Numbered from the stretch's first letter, positions 41,311 through 54,774 are shown. The stretch: 64,000 nucleotides of DNA from Octopus sinensis (GCF_006345805.1 NC_042999.1:30628001-30692000), one strand, 5' to 3'. Translations and numbers: made by a program. The notes: a model not told the origin generated them from the sequence alone.

Positions 41311-42489
41311 CTATATGTATGTATTTATGTGTGTATACATACATGCATGCATACATATACGTATGTGTGTTTGTGTCCATATAAACCTTATAACCCTATA
41401 TTGATATTCTTTATTTTCTCTTGTTTCTAATGCTAGGAAACCCTCCAGAAATCAGCGCCAGTCTGCCATATTCCATTCAGAAGTTGCACGAAAGACATAA
41501 TGTGGCTTGCTAAAGCCACAAGGTTATTGCGTATGAATATACAGGCGCTTATTAATTTCTCCCATAATATCTAGATTAAGAAATACACGGATTAAAGTCA
41601 GGATCACGTCAAGGACATCGATGACAGCGTCGTGTTCTAGCTCCGTAGTGATTTTTGTGGGATAATATGAGTAGGTTGTCTCTACCAAATTTGCCTTTGG
41701 GGACGTGCGTTCCACTGGGATAAGCATAGGCATATAATTCCTCCTGATATGTCAGGAAATGCAAATCACTAAGAATTGTTTCCTGTCAAATGTCCTCAGA
41801 CGAAGACCTTAAAAAAAAGTGCTCAGGCATGCCTGTAGTCCAATCGTTGATGCAAGTAAAATTGGAAAGATCCGTATTGAAAAGATCGTTTGTTACACAT
41901 GTAGCAATAAAATTCATCATAAAAGATATTTCTTTACAGAAGACTTAAATGTACAAAAATCAAATCCTGAACCATATTGATTCTAACACAGCAACAGACA
42001 CGAATTTTGCGTCCTCGTAAAGAAATGTGGCCAGTACTTATTAACCGGATACTATTTCTGCCAATTGAAGGTATCGGGTGGGGATTTATAGGAGCTTTTA
42101 AATTAAAAAAAAAAGCTGAAGAAGGTAATGAATGACAAGGGGAGAAGTAAACATCCCGTGAAGAGACGCTATCCGCTGAAGGAGACCAATTCTCTTATAA
42201 AGGGCGTACCATGTTCATCCTGAATGAAATAGTATGAAATTTACAGATCATCGAAAATTTAAGATAATCTAATGGAACAGCACTTTCCAAATGAAGTGCA
42301 GAGAAAATAGATTGAACCAGACTTCAAACACCACAGAAAGGGTAGAATATTATTTTAAATTTCACACGATAGTGTTCCAGGATGACCAGGGCCGCATGGC
42401 TGAAACGAGTAAAAGAGAAAATACTGATTTCAAATTTTGCCACAAGAGATCCATATCGGAGGAGGGAATGATATCGAGGGAAGGGGGTT

Positions 42490-42647
42490 TATGCCTATTC
42501 CCATGTTCAACTGGTGCTTATTTTGTCGATCTCGAAAGGATGATCGGTAAACAACCTCAGTACAATTTGAACTCAGAACGTAAAGAAGCACGAAATGCCA
42601 TTAAACATTTTGCCGGGCGTGTTAATGAATCTGCAAGCTCGTCGCCC
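42490..42647 (-). mobile_element. Degenerate SINE family 1
   Basis: ttgaactcagaacgt...cattttgccgggcgtgttaat...gctcgtcgcc. Confidence 0.8.
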
Positions 42648-44359
42648 AAATTTAGGCAAATATTACAAACAGTTAAATATCAAAGATCAACGTGTAGTGG
42701 GTCTCAATGTAACCTATGATATTCTACAGCTTACAGTTGTACGTGATGAACGAATTGTAATTTATTGGCCATAAAAAAACGCAAACTATGATATCTCATC
42801 GGACCCCAGAATTTATTTTTATGTTACTGGTTTCGGCGGCCACCATCTTAGAAAACTCTTTCAAACATAGATTGAATCAACAACCACAAAGGTTTTTCTG
42901 AGGCATACATTATCGATCATCTACCGGATGGAATCTACAGATATATGACTGTTGTGAAATTGATAATCCCAGAATTCTACCCCTTATAATGATAGTTACA
43001 TTTCATTCATTCCTTCCCCATTTGTAGACGTAAGTGAATTGCATTTTTCCTCGTAAAATACATATACATGTCATCTTTTCTTTTTGTAAAACATTTTTAT
43101 ATACAATGTAAGTTTTACAAATAATGCAGTTTCATTATTTTAGAATTATTTGATTTATTCTCATTTTATTTATATATTCATGTAATCCGTTCAAATTAAA
43201 CGCCTATAGGAAATGAAGAATTTTGCTAGAAAAAAACTGTTAAAAAGGTCAACAAAATTACCTTACATTCAATTTTAAACACATATTTATATTCAATTTT
43301 ACAATAACATGTCAGTGAATTCTAAATAAGTTGTCAAACTAAGCGAACGTTCAGTTTGTCAGAGAGAAAGAGAGGAAGTGAGAGAGCAAGAGGAGATGAA
43401 GCACTGTTTTTTTAACAAAATTCTCAACTAACACAGTGCTGCTAAATGTATGCGTACTTAATATACAATGTGTCCGGGATATGTTTGAAGAGATTTTATT
43501 TCTCACTTTTTGGGGAACAGTCTGTAGTTTTGGCAACGGTTAGCGGCGTTGGAGAGTATAAAGATAAAAACAGTAACTTAGAAAACTTTAGCTAACATGG
43601 AGTATTTGAAACCAGTTGTTTATTGGAAAAGAATTACCTGTATCAGGATGATTTGCTCCGGGTGTCAAAATACCGACAACATGTGTGGTACCCAAAGCTC
43701 AGTAATTATTCTAAAGGTTACAAGGGAAACTACGGAGCCGTAGTAAGCAGGTGGTGGGACAGCAGGCGTTCTGACTTCGACTGCATGACAGAATTCACCC
43801 CGTAAAATTTGGAAAAGGGCTCAATTCAGATGGTTCTGTAAAATAGTTGGAAATCGTTGTCAACTACCCTGGCTGGAAACAGTTGCTGCTTAAAGACCAT
43901 ATGTATAGAAGTAGGATTAGGTTCCGTGCTGTTTGCCAGATTCCGGAACAGTCTTAATGTTGTGTTGGAAAATAAAGGCGGTTAATTGTAATAACCCAGT
44001 TAGTACTTTTTTGCTTTTGTCGTTTTGTAATACTTTTATTTTTAGATGAGATATTTTTATTACTTTTCCTTTTATATGCAAACAGTTAAATATAGCCCGA
44101 ACACTCTGTACCTATGTAAACGGATAAAAATTGCCCCACGCACAGATTTTTTACTGTATCTAATTATCACGATACCGGCGAATGTAATGGTATGTAAGTG
44201 AGTGAAAGAGGTGCATGTAATGTTCTTTTTCTTTCACAAGTAGTGAGGTACATTTATCTCACAACAGAATAAAAAGTTGATATTCAGATAAGTCATAGGT
44301 GAAAATCCTTCTCTGGAAATACTTGCATGAGTTTGTGCGTGGAAGTGCAAATATATACT

Positions 44360-44565
44360 TTTACTTCTTTCAGTCATCTTGACTGCGACCTTGCGGAAGC
44401 ACCGACTTAAAGAGTTTTTAGTCGAAGACGTCGACCTCAGGACTTATTATTTGTAAGCCTCGTACTTCATTTATCGGTCTCTTTTGCCAAAGGGGACGTA
44501 AACACACCAAAATCGGCTGTCATGTGATGGTGGGGGAAAACATAGAAACAGACATACACACACAT
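44360..44565 (-). mobile_element. SINE family 2 tail half only
   Basis: cagtcatcttgactgcg...gacttattatttgtaagcc...ggggacgtaaacacacc. Confidence 0.8.
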
Positions 44566-44599
44566 ACATATATATAAGATCCCCAAAAGTTAATTGGGA

Positions 44600-44930
44600 C
44601 TTTGGTGAGACAGATAAGTATTGGTGTCGCCACCATGAAGATGGCTCTGCATGAGGATCGTCGTGATAATTCGTACATGCTTAAATGGAACAGCTTGATG
44701 AAGGCAAAGAAGCTTCTTAAAAACCTGAGGTATCCTGTTGAACCGGGAATGATCTGGTTCTCCTCAGATAGAAAGAACTTTTGCAGGAACCCTTTGCAGA
44801 ATAGCAAGAACAAAAGTGCCTTATCTATAGCACAAGTGATGTCCTGTGTTTCATGAAAATCAAGTTACCTCAAATCGTGTTTGTTTTTGTGTGTGTCTCC
44901 AATGAGCGCGACTTCTCTTTTGAATAGAAT
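44600..44930 (+). mobile_element. Tc1/mariner-superfamily transposase fragment (maT/DD37D-like)
   Basis: LHEDRRDNSY...AKKLLKNLRYPVEPGMIWFSSDRKNF resembles HEDLRYKSY...KLKHP...WFFSDEKNF. Confidence 0.7.
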
Positions 44931-46279
44931 GACAGCAGTTTGTCGTAATAGGTTTTACCATTGGCTATAATCCGGCTTGTCTGACCGACCAGTTAAGAGG
45001 TAAGCTTTATACCAACGTATATCTGTGTTCGATGTTAGGTTAAATTATTTGATTTTCCTACTTCCGTGAAAATCTTCTGCCAAACTATTGATAAGAATGT
45101 CCGTATGTGTGTGCATAATGTATAGCTATGCGTATTTTCGCTTATTCATCGAGGCATATCGTGATTTAGGGACAGAATAACCGTAAAAAGAAATAGGGTT
45201 ATTTTCCGCCGAGGAAATCTTTTGCGATATTAGTTCTGCACCAGATTATACCCGTTCCATTATATCTATTGCCATAAGGAACTTGGTTAACAATTGATTG
45301 GATGTAACTTGTGATAAACATCGCTATTCTTTATGATTTTTTATATAAAAAAAAGGAACATGAAATAAAATATATTTTAGAGTACAATATAGAATGATTT
45401 ATTAGTGTTCGGTTAGCTCATAAAGTAAAACACTTTCAAACTGAAATCAATTATATCTCCTCTTTCTTATACCGGAAATTGTTCTGATAAATACATAACT
45501 GTTATAACTTCCTACTTCCTAATTGTGTAAATTACCTGGAAATATGGGTTTGTTATTTTGTTGTTTATTTTTGTTGTTTTTTTTTAAGAAAAGTCAATAA
45601 ATAACAAGAAAGATGTAGGATGATTATACATTCTGTAGTGTTGCGGTTGAAATGGAATCTCAAATTTAAATTTGTCCTTCGCGATGTTAAATAATACCCT
45701 GTCCGTTATATATTTAGAAACCTACATGGTAACTTCAGAGAATTTAGTGCAGAGTAATGTAATATACTCTTTTTTTGTTGTTGCTGATGGTGACAATCAG
45801 GAGGAGGAGGAGGAGGAAGCGGAGGGAGAGGAGCAGGATCACCGATACCATGACGAACATCACGATGATGCTGTAAAGGATGAAAATGAATGAAGAATGA
45901 TCTTACTGTTATCCAACCTGCATCAGGCATATTTGGGTATACATGAGCTCAGACGTATCAGCTACAAGAAACCGCAATTTTACTCACCTTTCTCTCTCTC
46001 TCTTTCTCTTTCTTTGACCAAATTTTCTCTCTCCTCTTTCTACCTCTTCTCTCTCTCACTCTCTCTCTCTCTGTATTCTGGCTGTCTGTTTGTTTCTTTC
46101 TCCGTTTTAGCTGAGCGTCAGATTAATGAACCAAATTTGTTGTTCAGTCAAATGTCCTTGTCTTTGTTTCTTGATTTTATGTAATTTTGAACCATGTGTG
46201 TGAGTGAGTATTCATTTTTCTGAGTCTGTTTGTGCGTGTGTGTGTGTGTGCACGCGCATGTGTGTGTGTGCCTTTGTGT

Positions 46280-46490
46280 CAGTATTTGCCCTGCGGTACC
46301 GCTTGGAAACTGGTGTTCGTGTGTTTACATCCCTGTAATTTAGCTGGTCGGCAACGCATAGCAAAATAATAAATATCAGGCTTTGAAAAATAAATACAGG
46401 TGTCGATACATTCAACCAAATATTTTTCATGCTGTGCCCCAGCATGGCCGCATTTCACTAACTAAAACAAATAAAAGATAAAGGATAAAA
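46280..46490 (+). mobile_element. Diverged SINE family 2-type tail
   Basis: gtgtttacatccctgtaatttagc...ccccagcatggccgca...aaacaaataaaagataaaag. Confidence 0.7.
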
Positions 46491-47554
46491 CCTTTATGTA
46501 TATTACACACTCATGTGCAATCTATTATATTAAGATATATTATGTGAAATGCGAGGCTTAGCAGTTAGGATGTTGTACTCATAATCATAAGATTACGATT
46601 TTGATTCCTGAACCGGGACTTGCATTGTGTTCTTGAGAAAAACAAACTTCACTCTGTGTTTTTCTAATCCATTTATCTGCCAAAGAATCCTGAACACCAG
46701 CCATAGGAACAAATGGCGCGAGAAAAACACTTGATACTTTCTGGTATATTGCATTATAAATGTAGATACTCTTGTAATTAATTACAGGTCTATGTCAAAC
46801 ATTGAATACATTTACCTTCGTATGTTATACTTCACTCCGTCATTTCCAAATTCCTTATAGTATTTCTTTATCTTCACTACTGACACTCTCAGCATATCCT
46901 GCACTTTAGTTAGAGTTTGGTAAGAAACATTTACGACTTGTCAAATTCTTCACAATCTGGGGTTTACAGTAAATGCTATTCGGATTTTTAAAGAAATTCA
47001 TTGATTACATAAAATCACGTGCGCGTAATTCTACTTATATTTATACATCCAAATGTGGCCGTCCTCTTTCTAACAATGTCTTACGGCAGTACGCTTCCAC
47101 ACCTTTATATGAAGTCACCACTTTAAAACTAATATATTCGTTATGACTGTCCTAAAATGCAAGAATTATTTGTATCTATTTTCCCAATAATTAGTAAAAT
47201 TAATAGCAGTACTGATATTGTTCTATGGTTTCGGGAAAGAGGAAAGTGGCGTGCGGTATCATTTTCAGGATCTAGAGTTCGGTGGTAGAAAGTAAGATAA
47301 AACGATAATGGCCGAGCTTTTTAGTTCTCACCTAAGTGACCTGCATACTACAGAGTAGGTCTCAAAATAAAATAGGACTAGAATGTTAAATTTCCGAACA
47401 TTCTCCATCGTCTCTAATGCACACACAAGGGTTGAATTAAAGGGAGTTTAAGTTAAAGATAATTATTGAATAAACCGGCATAGGACTCAGAGCCAGATGA
47501 TCTTAATTAAAGTGTAATCGCTGTGTTTGACATGTCTATATGTTCAGTAATTTC

Positions 47555-47609
<55 letters not shown>

Positions 47610-48326
47610 TATGATCCATTGGCTCTAAATCACTCGTGCAAAAGCTAATTTGTGTCAGGTATAAAACTCGTTCTCTTCTCATTTTCTCTTCCCATTTTCA
47701 TCTCTACCTGTCTCATCATATAAATACATTTTGACATCTGGAAAGATAAATAATAGAAGGTTTCTCACAGTGAATTGACATAAATGACTGCCGAACTTTA
47801 GCGGAGAAAATTACTCAAATCAGTTTGCTTGGTTATGTCGTATACATGGACAAGGGAATATATTTATTCTATTGAATTGTAAGCAATATTTTACGCTTTC
47901 ATACGCTATTGCCTCTTCAAGTGCAAACGTTAAAAACCATTCTATTGAGAGAGCAAATCAAACCTACATTTATTAAATCTCTTTCGTAAAATTCAATGAA
48001 ATCCCCATATAATTCTCAAGATATAGAAGAAGAAAAGTATATTATGAATATTTCATAATTCAAATATTACATCACTATACTTTATTTCGTATCTACTAAA
48101 CTGTATCTAAAAAAATTCTTTGACAAAATCAGGTTACGATTCACGCGAAAATCCAAGGAGATATCATTAGAACTTTGAAAACATACGCAAATGTATTCAG
48201 TAAATGTAAAATATGCTATATCAGTGTAGATATTTATCTATATATCTATCTACATGTTTACCTACCTATCTATCCATCTATCATTCTGTCTATCTTTCTA
48301 TGTGTGTATGTGTGTATGTTTGTATG

Positions 48327-48410
<84 letters not shown>

Positions 48411-48415
<5 letters not shown>

Positions 48416-48467
48416 ATGCTAGCATGGAAAACGGACGCTAAACGATGATGATGATGATGATGATGAT
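48411..48467 (+). mobile_element. Extremely 5'-truncated retroposon tail (RTE-type) ending in (GAT)n, inserted at (TA)n
   Basis: CCATGCTAGCATGG hairpin, AAAACGGACGCTAAAC, then (GAT)8. Confidence 0.6.
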
Positions 48468-50244
48468 ACACGAATAAAATAGAACAGAAAAACTACAGAT
48501 GATTTGTATTATATGAATTAAAAATATATTAAAATCGTCATGTTAGGAAAGTGATTTATAATTTTGTGTTTTATCACATTGTTTTGGGGGAAATAACCAG
48601 TTTCGCATTTTCTTTTCAAATTTCTCAAATTTCTTTACCGATGTTGTGTCATCTATTCTTTATAGTGTAATGTAGAAGAGTTCGAAACAGGGGGAGGTAA
48701 GCAAGGATTTTTTTTGGTATAAGGAAGAAAATTTTTTAAAATGTTGGGAATGATTGGGTTTTGTTAATTTAACATGATTTGGTTTTGATAGAATAAAATG
48801 TTACAAAATATTGGAAATAGTTAAGTCTTTGTTCATATTTTTCAATGCACCGACAGCAGATTGCATTCCCAGAATACCGAATGATACGTCTTAGTGAACA
48901 CATTGACATGCGGAAAACAACTGATTTGACTACGTGCCCTTCCAATACGTAGGAGAGCTATTACTGTTACAGGATTGATTATTCAGAAGCGCAAAATGTC
49001 TTAAATGTATGGATATTTCGAAACAAGGCTGGAATGTAACTGTGGGTATATGTTACAATACTAAAGTTAACTCCTAATGGTTTACTGAATTTAAGAGCAA
49101 CCATTAGCAGAGCACACTCACTCTGGTGGTGAAGGATAAGTTTTGAATTATGTCCAATGTACATATCCAGTGAAGAATTAGCTGTGTGCTGAAGTGGTAA
49201 GATCCATCGTTTCTTTATTATATCTTGAGAGGTGAAGTACTCATGGTATATCAAAGGCAGGAGATATGCTGTGTTTTGAAGAAAGGTGCACCAGAAAACC
49301 GTAAATCTATTTATCCTGCAGTGTGCAGGTTTGTAGGTAAGATATGTTTTCTTTATTCTATGTTTTCTAGTAGCTACAAGATTAGAACTCTTGATCTGAG
49401 AGCCCTCTACGAACATAATTTATCTATTGTCTTCCCTTGATATGTTGCAATGTCTACACTTTCTGTAATATTTTGCATTAAGCCCTTATCGTCGTGGATT
49501 ACCCTTCTTAACGTTTGGCGCCAATGTATATACACTTATATTACAAACAATTTATTTCACTTTTTTAATTCGATCCATACAGAGGCACAAGACACATGTA
49601 CAAGGAGGCTCACAAACACTAACAGCATATGCATACAACATTCCTAGTCCCACCTATAACTGTTTATATTTTAATGTACTTTCTGCTTATTCGTTGATTA
49701 GACTATGTTGCACCAATTACTATACAATTATATTTAAGTTTTCTTATAATTCTGATACGAAATTTTAATATAATTGAATATTAATTGGAGAAATATAGAC
49801 TTACGGTCTCTAATATTAAAATATAAAAGGGAGAGAATTCTGAAGTTTTAATTGTCGAAATTTGAATAGAGTCATGTGTGATGAAGTCACAATGACCTTC
49901 GCTAACTATAACGTAAGATCTAGGCGTGTCTCCGTTTCCTTGTAACTTCACAGCGAAGCATATTCAATGTCATGATAGCTATCAAAGATGAAATTTCCTC
50001 CTTCCCTTCGCATATCACTATTGAAAATTTAATCTATTGAAATTTTTGAACATCTTTCGTTTAACTCTTTCGAAATGAAATTTCCTTAATTCTATTTTGT
50101 TTGTTTGTTTGATATAATTCCAGAGGAATTGCTACAACAAACATTATCAAAAGCCAAGTATGTATCCAATATATCAAAGCTGCATATTGAAAGGAGTTTT
50201 GCGACGATGAAAAATAAACAAATGTATCATATTCAATATAACAA

Positions 50245-50282
<38 letters not shown>

Positions 50283-50930
50283 CATATTTACTGACACGAT
50301 GTCATAATGAACAGATGTATAATACCTAACTATATCAATTTACTCATGGTTAAATATTGTTGGTTTTATTCTTGCTTTGTTTTGTTATTTTTATTTACAG
50401 TTTTCGCTTGCAAGATCTTGTGTTGTCCATGGGTAAATGAATTTTCCAACATTCTTTACAAAAATGTAAGGGGCGTATCTCTTTATATGTAAAGCTAATG
50501 GAAGGAAAAGTACCTGGATTATCCCCCATCTAGAAGCAGAAGATTAACAGCTTTAATATAACATACTTAATTTTAATTATGTAATATAAATGAGATTTGG
50601 ATACCTAAGAACATCAAGGATTTGATGCCTACTAATATCAAGATCAACATGCAGTTGAAGATCCACTATACTGGCCCTTCACCTACTTGTAATATCAAAC
50701 AAATCGCTCTCAAAACGAGGCTTATCAACAAAACTTCTGCAGGCTTTGACAACGTGGGACCAAATTAGTAGTCACTTAACACCCTGAAAGAAGCAGCTAA
50801 ATATACCAGAGATCCTTCAATTTTGTCAGAAAATAAAAGGAAATATTGGATAAGAAACGTTGAAGAAAAAGTAATATAGGGCTAAAATGAAACATAAATA
50901 CACTTTGTACAAATACACACAAATACACAA

Positions 50931-51074
50931 TTAGATGCCCGGGGCTGCACGTGCGCTACACTGGAGGTATCACCGGGTGCGTCTTCCCTGATCCGAGAGG
51001 GTCGGGAAACGTCTGAGCCACTTCCTGTGATAGGGATCGGAGCCTGGGACCAACTCTGTGAACGAGGAATTCCC
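50931..51074 (+). rRNA. 18S rRNA pseudogene fragment 1a
   Basis: TTAGATGCCCGGGGCTGCACGTGCGCTACACTG...GTGATAGGGATCGG...GAACGAGGAATTCCC match conserved eukaryotic SSU 3'-region motifs. Confidence 0.9.
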
Positions 51075-51600
51075 TAGACTTGCCCCAAAACAGGTACAAG
51101 CTGTGGTGACTCGACCACGTGGAAAAATTGCTACTTTGGCAAGTGTGCGAAAAGTGGGAGCTAGATAGATGATAGACTTGGTATGAGCACAAATTGCAGA
51201 GTTGTGGGATCGGAGACTAGCACAATCCTTTGGGATTTCCCATACCAAACAGATCAGGTGCTAGAGCACCTAGTAGTGGTGGACAAGGTGCACCACATAT
51301 GCTATATATTTCATGCTGCATGCCATTCTGACCCACGAAGGAAATCATAGACGGAAGGTTTTATTTTGGCGGCGGAAGATCAAGACATGCTGGCCAAAAA
51401 CTACCAGGATTACATTTTTCAAAATGGTTCGAAGTCTAAATGCAGAATATGCAACACATTTGACGAAATAATAGACCATCTCGTTTCGGGATGTATTTTG
51501 CTGACACCAAAGCAATACAAAATTTGCCATGTTAGTCAAGATCACTATTCATATTAGTAAATCAGAGCTCTTGTTTACTGGTATCTTGTGATCTTGTGCC
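51068..51600 (+). repeat. 533-bp duplicate of 54493-55025 (Dong/R4 LINE patchwork) inside the 18S pseudogene
   Basis: No differences found by eye; constant offset of 3,425 at both ends; the ORF track gives identical peptides. Confidence 0.95.
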
Positions 51601-51776
51601 CTTGGTACACACCGCCCGTCGCTATTACCGATGGAACGGTCCGGTGAGGTCCTCGGATCTGGCCGACGAATTCGCTTACGCGCGGCGGCATTCCACGCTG
51701 TCGTCGGCGCGTTCTCTGAGGGCCCGGAGAAGACGACCGAACCCGATCGCTTAGGGGAAGTAAAAGTTGTCACAAG
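51597..51776 (+). rRNA. 18S rRNA pseudogene fragment 1b (helix 44 region)
   Basis: GCCCTTGGTACACACCGCCCGTCGCTATTACCGAT...GGAAGTAAAAGTTGTCACAAG resembles GTACACACCGCCCGTC and GAAGTAAAAGTCGTAACAAGG. Confidence 0.92.
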
Positions 51777-51856
51777 TTGTAACAAGAAACAGAAATCAGT
51801 TTGTTGCTTAGATCGATATATAAGTTGGAAGGAGCTATGTATGCATATATCTGTAT

Positions 51857-52037
51857 GTGCTACACTGGAGGTTTCTGCGGGCGCGTCTCCGCCGGCCCGA
51901 GATGGTCGGGAAACCTCTGAACCACCTCCCGTGATAGGGATCGGGGCCTGGAATCAACCCCGTGAAGGAGGAATTCCCGGTAGGCGTGGGTCATCAGCCC
52001 GCATTTATCACGCTCCAGCCCTTTGTACGCACCGCCC
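51857..52037 (+). rRNA. 18S rRNA pseudogene fragment 2 (overlaps the rRNA coordinates of 1a, uninterrupted)
   Basis: GCTACACTGGAGG...GAGGAATTCCCGGTAGGCG...GCCCTTTGTACGCACCGCCC. Confidence 0.9.
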
Positions 52038-52544
52038 ATACAATAACAATCTAACCGAGCGTCCTATTGAATGTTTTTCCAATCGTTAGTATACCCCACA
52101 ACTTACAGTCGTGTTTCGCATCCTCGACACCACAAGTCTACGCTGTTAGTAATCATTTATATTGACACCACATCTCTCAAGCAATATACATCATGAGTTG
52201 TTATCTCTTTCTTAGATAACCGAAATATTTTGTTTCGGTGTTCAATGAACAATTGCTGGCAGTCTGTATCAATGCTGAGGGCGACTCCGAAACAATAAAT
52301 CAAATGTATAAATGATTCAGCTCCAACTCTTCACCGACACTTTGGTTCCAGTAAGAACTGCAAATCAGAGAAAATAGTTTGCATGGGAATACTCTTGGCT
52401 ATTTACGGAAAACATATCCCACTATAGAGATTTCTATGTATCATATTTTATCTTCATAAATATATACACAATGATAAAAATAAGTATATAATAACAACAA
52501 AAACAGCAACAGCAACAAATACAACAAGAACAGCAACAACAACG

Positions 52545-52575
<31 letters not shown>

Positions 52576-52629
52576 ATAATAATAATAATAATAATACCGA
52601 TAATAATAATAATAATAAATAATGATGAT

Positions 52630-52850
52630 AATAGAAAGCTTGATTGCCAAAATCTACTAGGCTAACGATCTTCAAAACGGTTCTGACTCAAAATGCAGAT
52701 TTTGTGATACATTTGATAATACAATAGTCCATCTCTTTTGGGACGACCTGTGCTGACACCAAACGTATACAACAATTGCCACAATAAGGTTGAACAGCAT
52801 TTACATCGGAAAATATGTAAACACTACAAAATCAGTACAAATATGAAGAT
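52630..52850 (+). mobile_element. Dong/R4-type LINE fragment (CCHC zinc-knuckle region) following (CAA)n/(TAA)n
   Basis: QNGSDSKCRFCDTFDNTIVHL...CHNKVEQHLHRKICKHYKI. Confidence 0.75.
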
Positions 52851-53163
52851 CTTTATGGAAGATTTTTATGGAATAGCATGAAATGCTGGAGAACGGAATT
52901 GACAGCAGGGAATCAAGTATTAGGAGATTTAAAAGTTAAGAGAGAAATCTTCCAGGGGCACGGTGTGTCCTCACTGATATTCGTGCTGGTAATTATGCCC
53001 TTGAGTGAAATACTAGAGAAAACAAGGTTGGCGTATGATTTGGGAAGAGGTAACGGAAACTGAGCCATTTGCTATTCATGGGCGGCATAAAGATATTCAC
53101 TAAAATGGGAGCAGAACTGTGCAGCCTAGATCCGTCTGTGTGGATTATCTCCAGTGATATTAA

Positions 53164-53394
53164 GGCGGCGAGCTGGTAGAAACGTTAGCATGCCGGGCGA
53201 AATGCTTTGCGGTATTTCATCTGCGTTACGTTGTGAGTTCAAATTCCGCCGAGGTCGACTTTGCCTTTCATCCTTTCGGGGTCTATAAATTAAGTACCAG
53301 TTACGCACTGGGGTCAATGTAACCGACTTAATACCTATGTCTGTCCTTGTTTGTCCCCTCTGTGTTTAGCCTATTGTGGGTAATAAAGAAAGAA
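53164..53394 (+). mobile_element. SINE family 1 with 7-bp TSD, inserted in the Dong RT
   Basis: ATATTAA at 53157-53163 and 53395-53401; the LINE reading SSDIK|MEFGL resumes after removal. Confidence 0.93.
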
Positions 53395-53737
53395 ATATTA
53401 AAATGGAGTTTGGACTCTCAAAACATGCTGCGATGGTGATGAGTCGAAGAAAGCTTCCCAGGATAGAAAGCATACGATTGTCAATTGGTAAAATGATGAA
53501 GGCAATTGAACCTGAATCCAGCTTAAAAAACCTGGGAATTTTTGAGGCAGATAATATCAAATAGCACGACATGAACGAAAAAAAAACAAAAGGAGAGTAC
53601 ATACTTACGGTAACTGAGTAAAATATAAGCTTCAAAGCTGAATGCCAGAAATATGACTTCGGCAATAAACTCGCGTACAGTCGCAGTAGTACGGTATGCC
53701 CCTGGAATCCTAAATGGATAGTATAGAATCTATACAA

Positions 53738-53967
53738 GGCAGCGAGCTGGCAGAAACGTGAGCACACCGGGCGAAATGCGTAGCCGTATTTCGTCTGCCG
53801 TTACGTTCTGAGTTCAAATTCCGCCGAGGTAGACTTTGCCTTTCATCCTTTCGGGGTCGATTAAATAAGTGCCAGTTTCGCACTGGGGTCGATATAATCG
53901 ACGTAATCTGTTTGTCTGTCCTTGTTTGCCCCCTCTGTGTTTAGCCCGTTGTGGGTAGTAAAGAAAT
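53738..53967 (+). mobile_element. SINE family 1 with 13-bp TSD and 9 extra 5' nt
   Basis: GGATAGTATAGAA at 53716-53728 and 53970-53982. Confidence 0.93.
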
Positions 53968-54774
53968 GGGGATAGTATAGAAGCTAAAGGAGATTGACAG
54001 GAAGTAAAGAAAGCTCCTTACGATGCATGGAATCCATCACCCACGTGCAAAAACTGATATTCTATACCTGAAAAACGCAAATGGAGGAAGGGGACTGATG
54101 TTTGGAACGTTGCGTGCGTATCGAAATTGAGAACTTATTGACATATCTAACCTTAAGTAAGAAAACCTTACTAATGGCAGTTAGTACCGAGGGAGTAATG
54201 CGAGCAGAGAAAAAAGGGACATTAAAGGAAAAAGTACAAAAATGTTATAAAGAACGATTACGAAAGAAGGGACTGCACAATTAATTCCACGTATCCACAG
54301 CAGTAGTTGTTGGAAAGAATAGGAGGTATTCGGGGATGAAAGGAAACCTAAAAGAAGGGACCAAGAGTAATATACTGGAAGCCCAGGACCAAGCTTTGGC
54401 CACGAACAGGAGGGTGAACTTTAGGAATGAGCAAGTGTCACTGCTGTGTTTCTACAAAAGAGTGAAGTAAACCATTGCCCATATCACGAACAAATTCCCT
54501 AGACTTGCCCCAAAACAGGTACAAGCTGTGGTGACTCGACCACGTGGAAAAATTGCTACTTTGGCAAGTGTGCGAAAAGTGGGAGCTAGATAGATGATAG
54601 ACTTGGTATGAGCACAAATTGCAGAGTTGTGGGATCGGAGACTAGCACAATCCTTTGGGATTTCCCATACCAAACAGATCAGGTGCTAGAGCACCTAGTA
54701 GTGGTGGACAAGGTGCACCACATATGCTATATATTTCATGCTGCATGCCATTCTGACCCACGAAGGAAATCATA

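Larger units (their letters stand above)
52870..54770 (+). mobile_element. Decayed Dong/R4-clade (RLE) LINE, RT to endonuclease region, interrupted by two SINEs
   Basis: REIFQGHGVSSLIF (GIFQGDSLSP-like), HLLFMGGIKIF (YMDD-like), MEFGLSK, GGRGL, EAQDQALATN, ILWDFPYQTDQV. Confidence 0.88.

Noticed and set aside
48979-49416. 145-aa minus ORF
   Set aside because: No recognisable motif; the opposite strand has faint mariner N-terminal resemblance, too weak to call.
49906-49918. TAACTATAACG resembling the LSU rRNA I-CeuI site
   Set aside because: Only 11 nt match with no flanking rRNA similarity; likely chance.
51068-51600. An 18S-specific site-directed retrotransposon (R7/R8-like)
   Set aside because: The insert is an internal, mixed-orientation patchwork identical to a nearby locus, with target deletion and microhomology and no LINE 3' end; DNA-level copying fits better.
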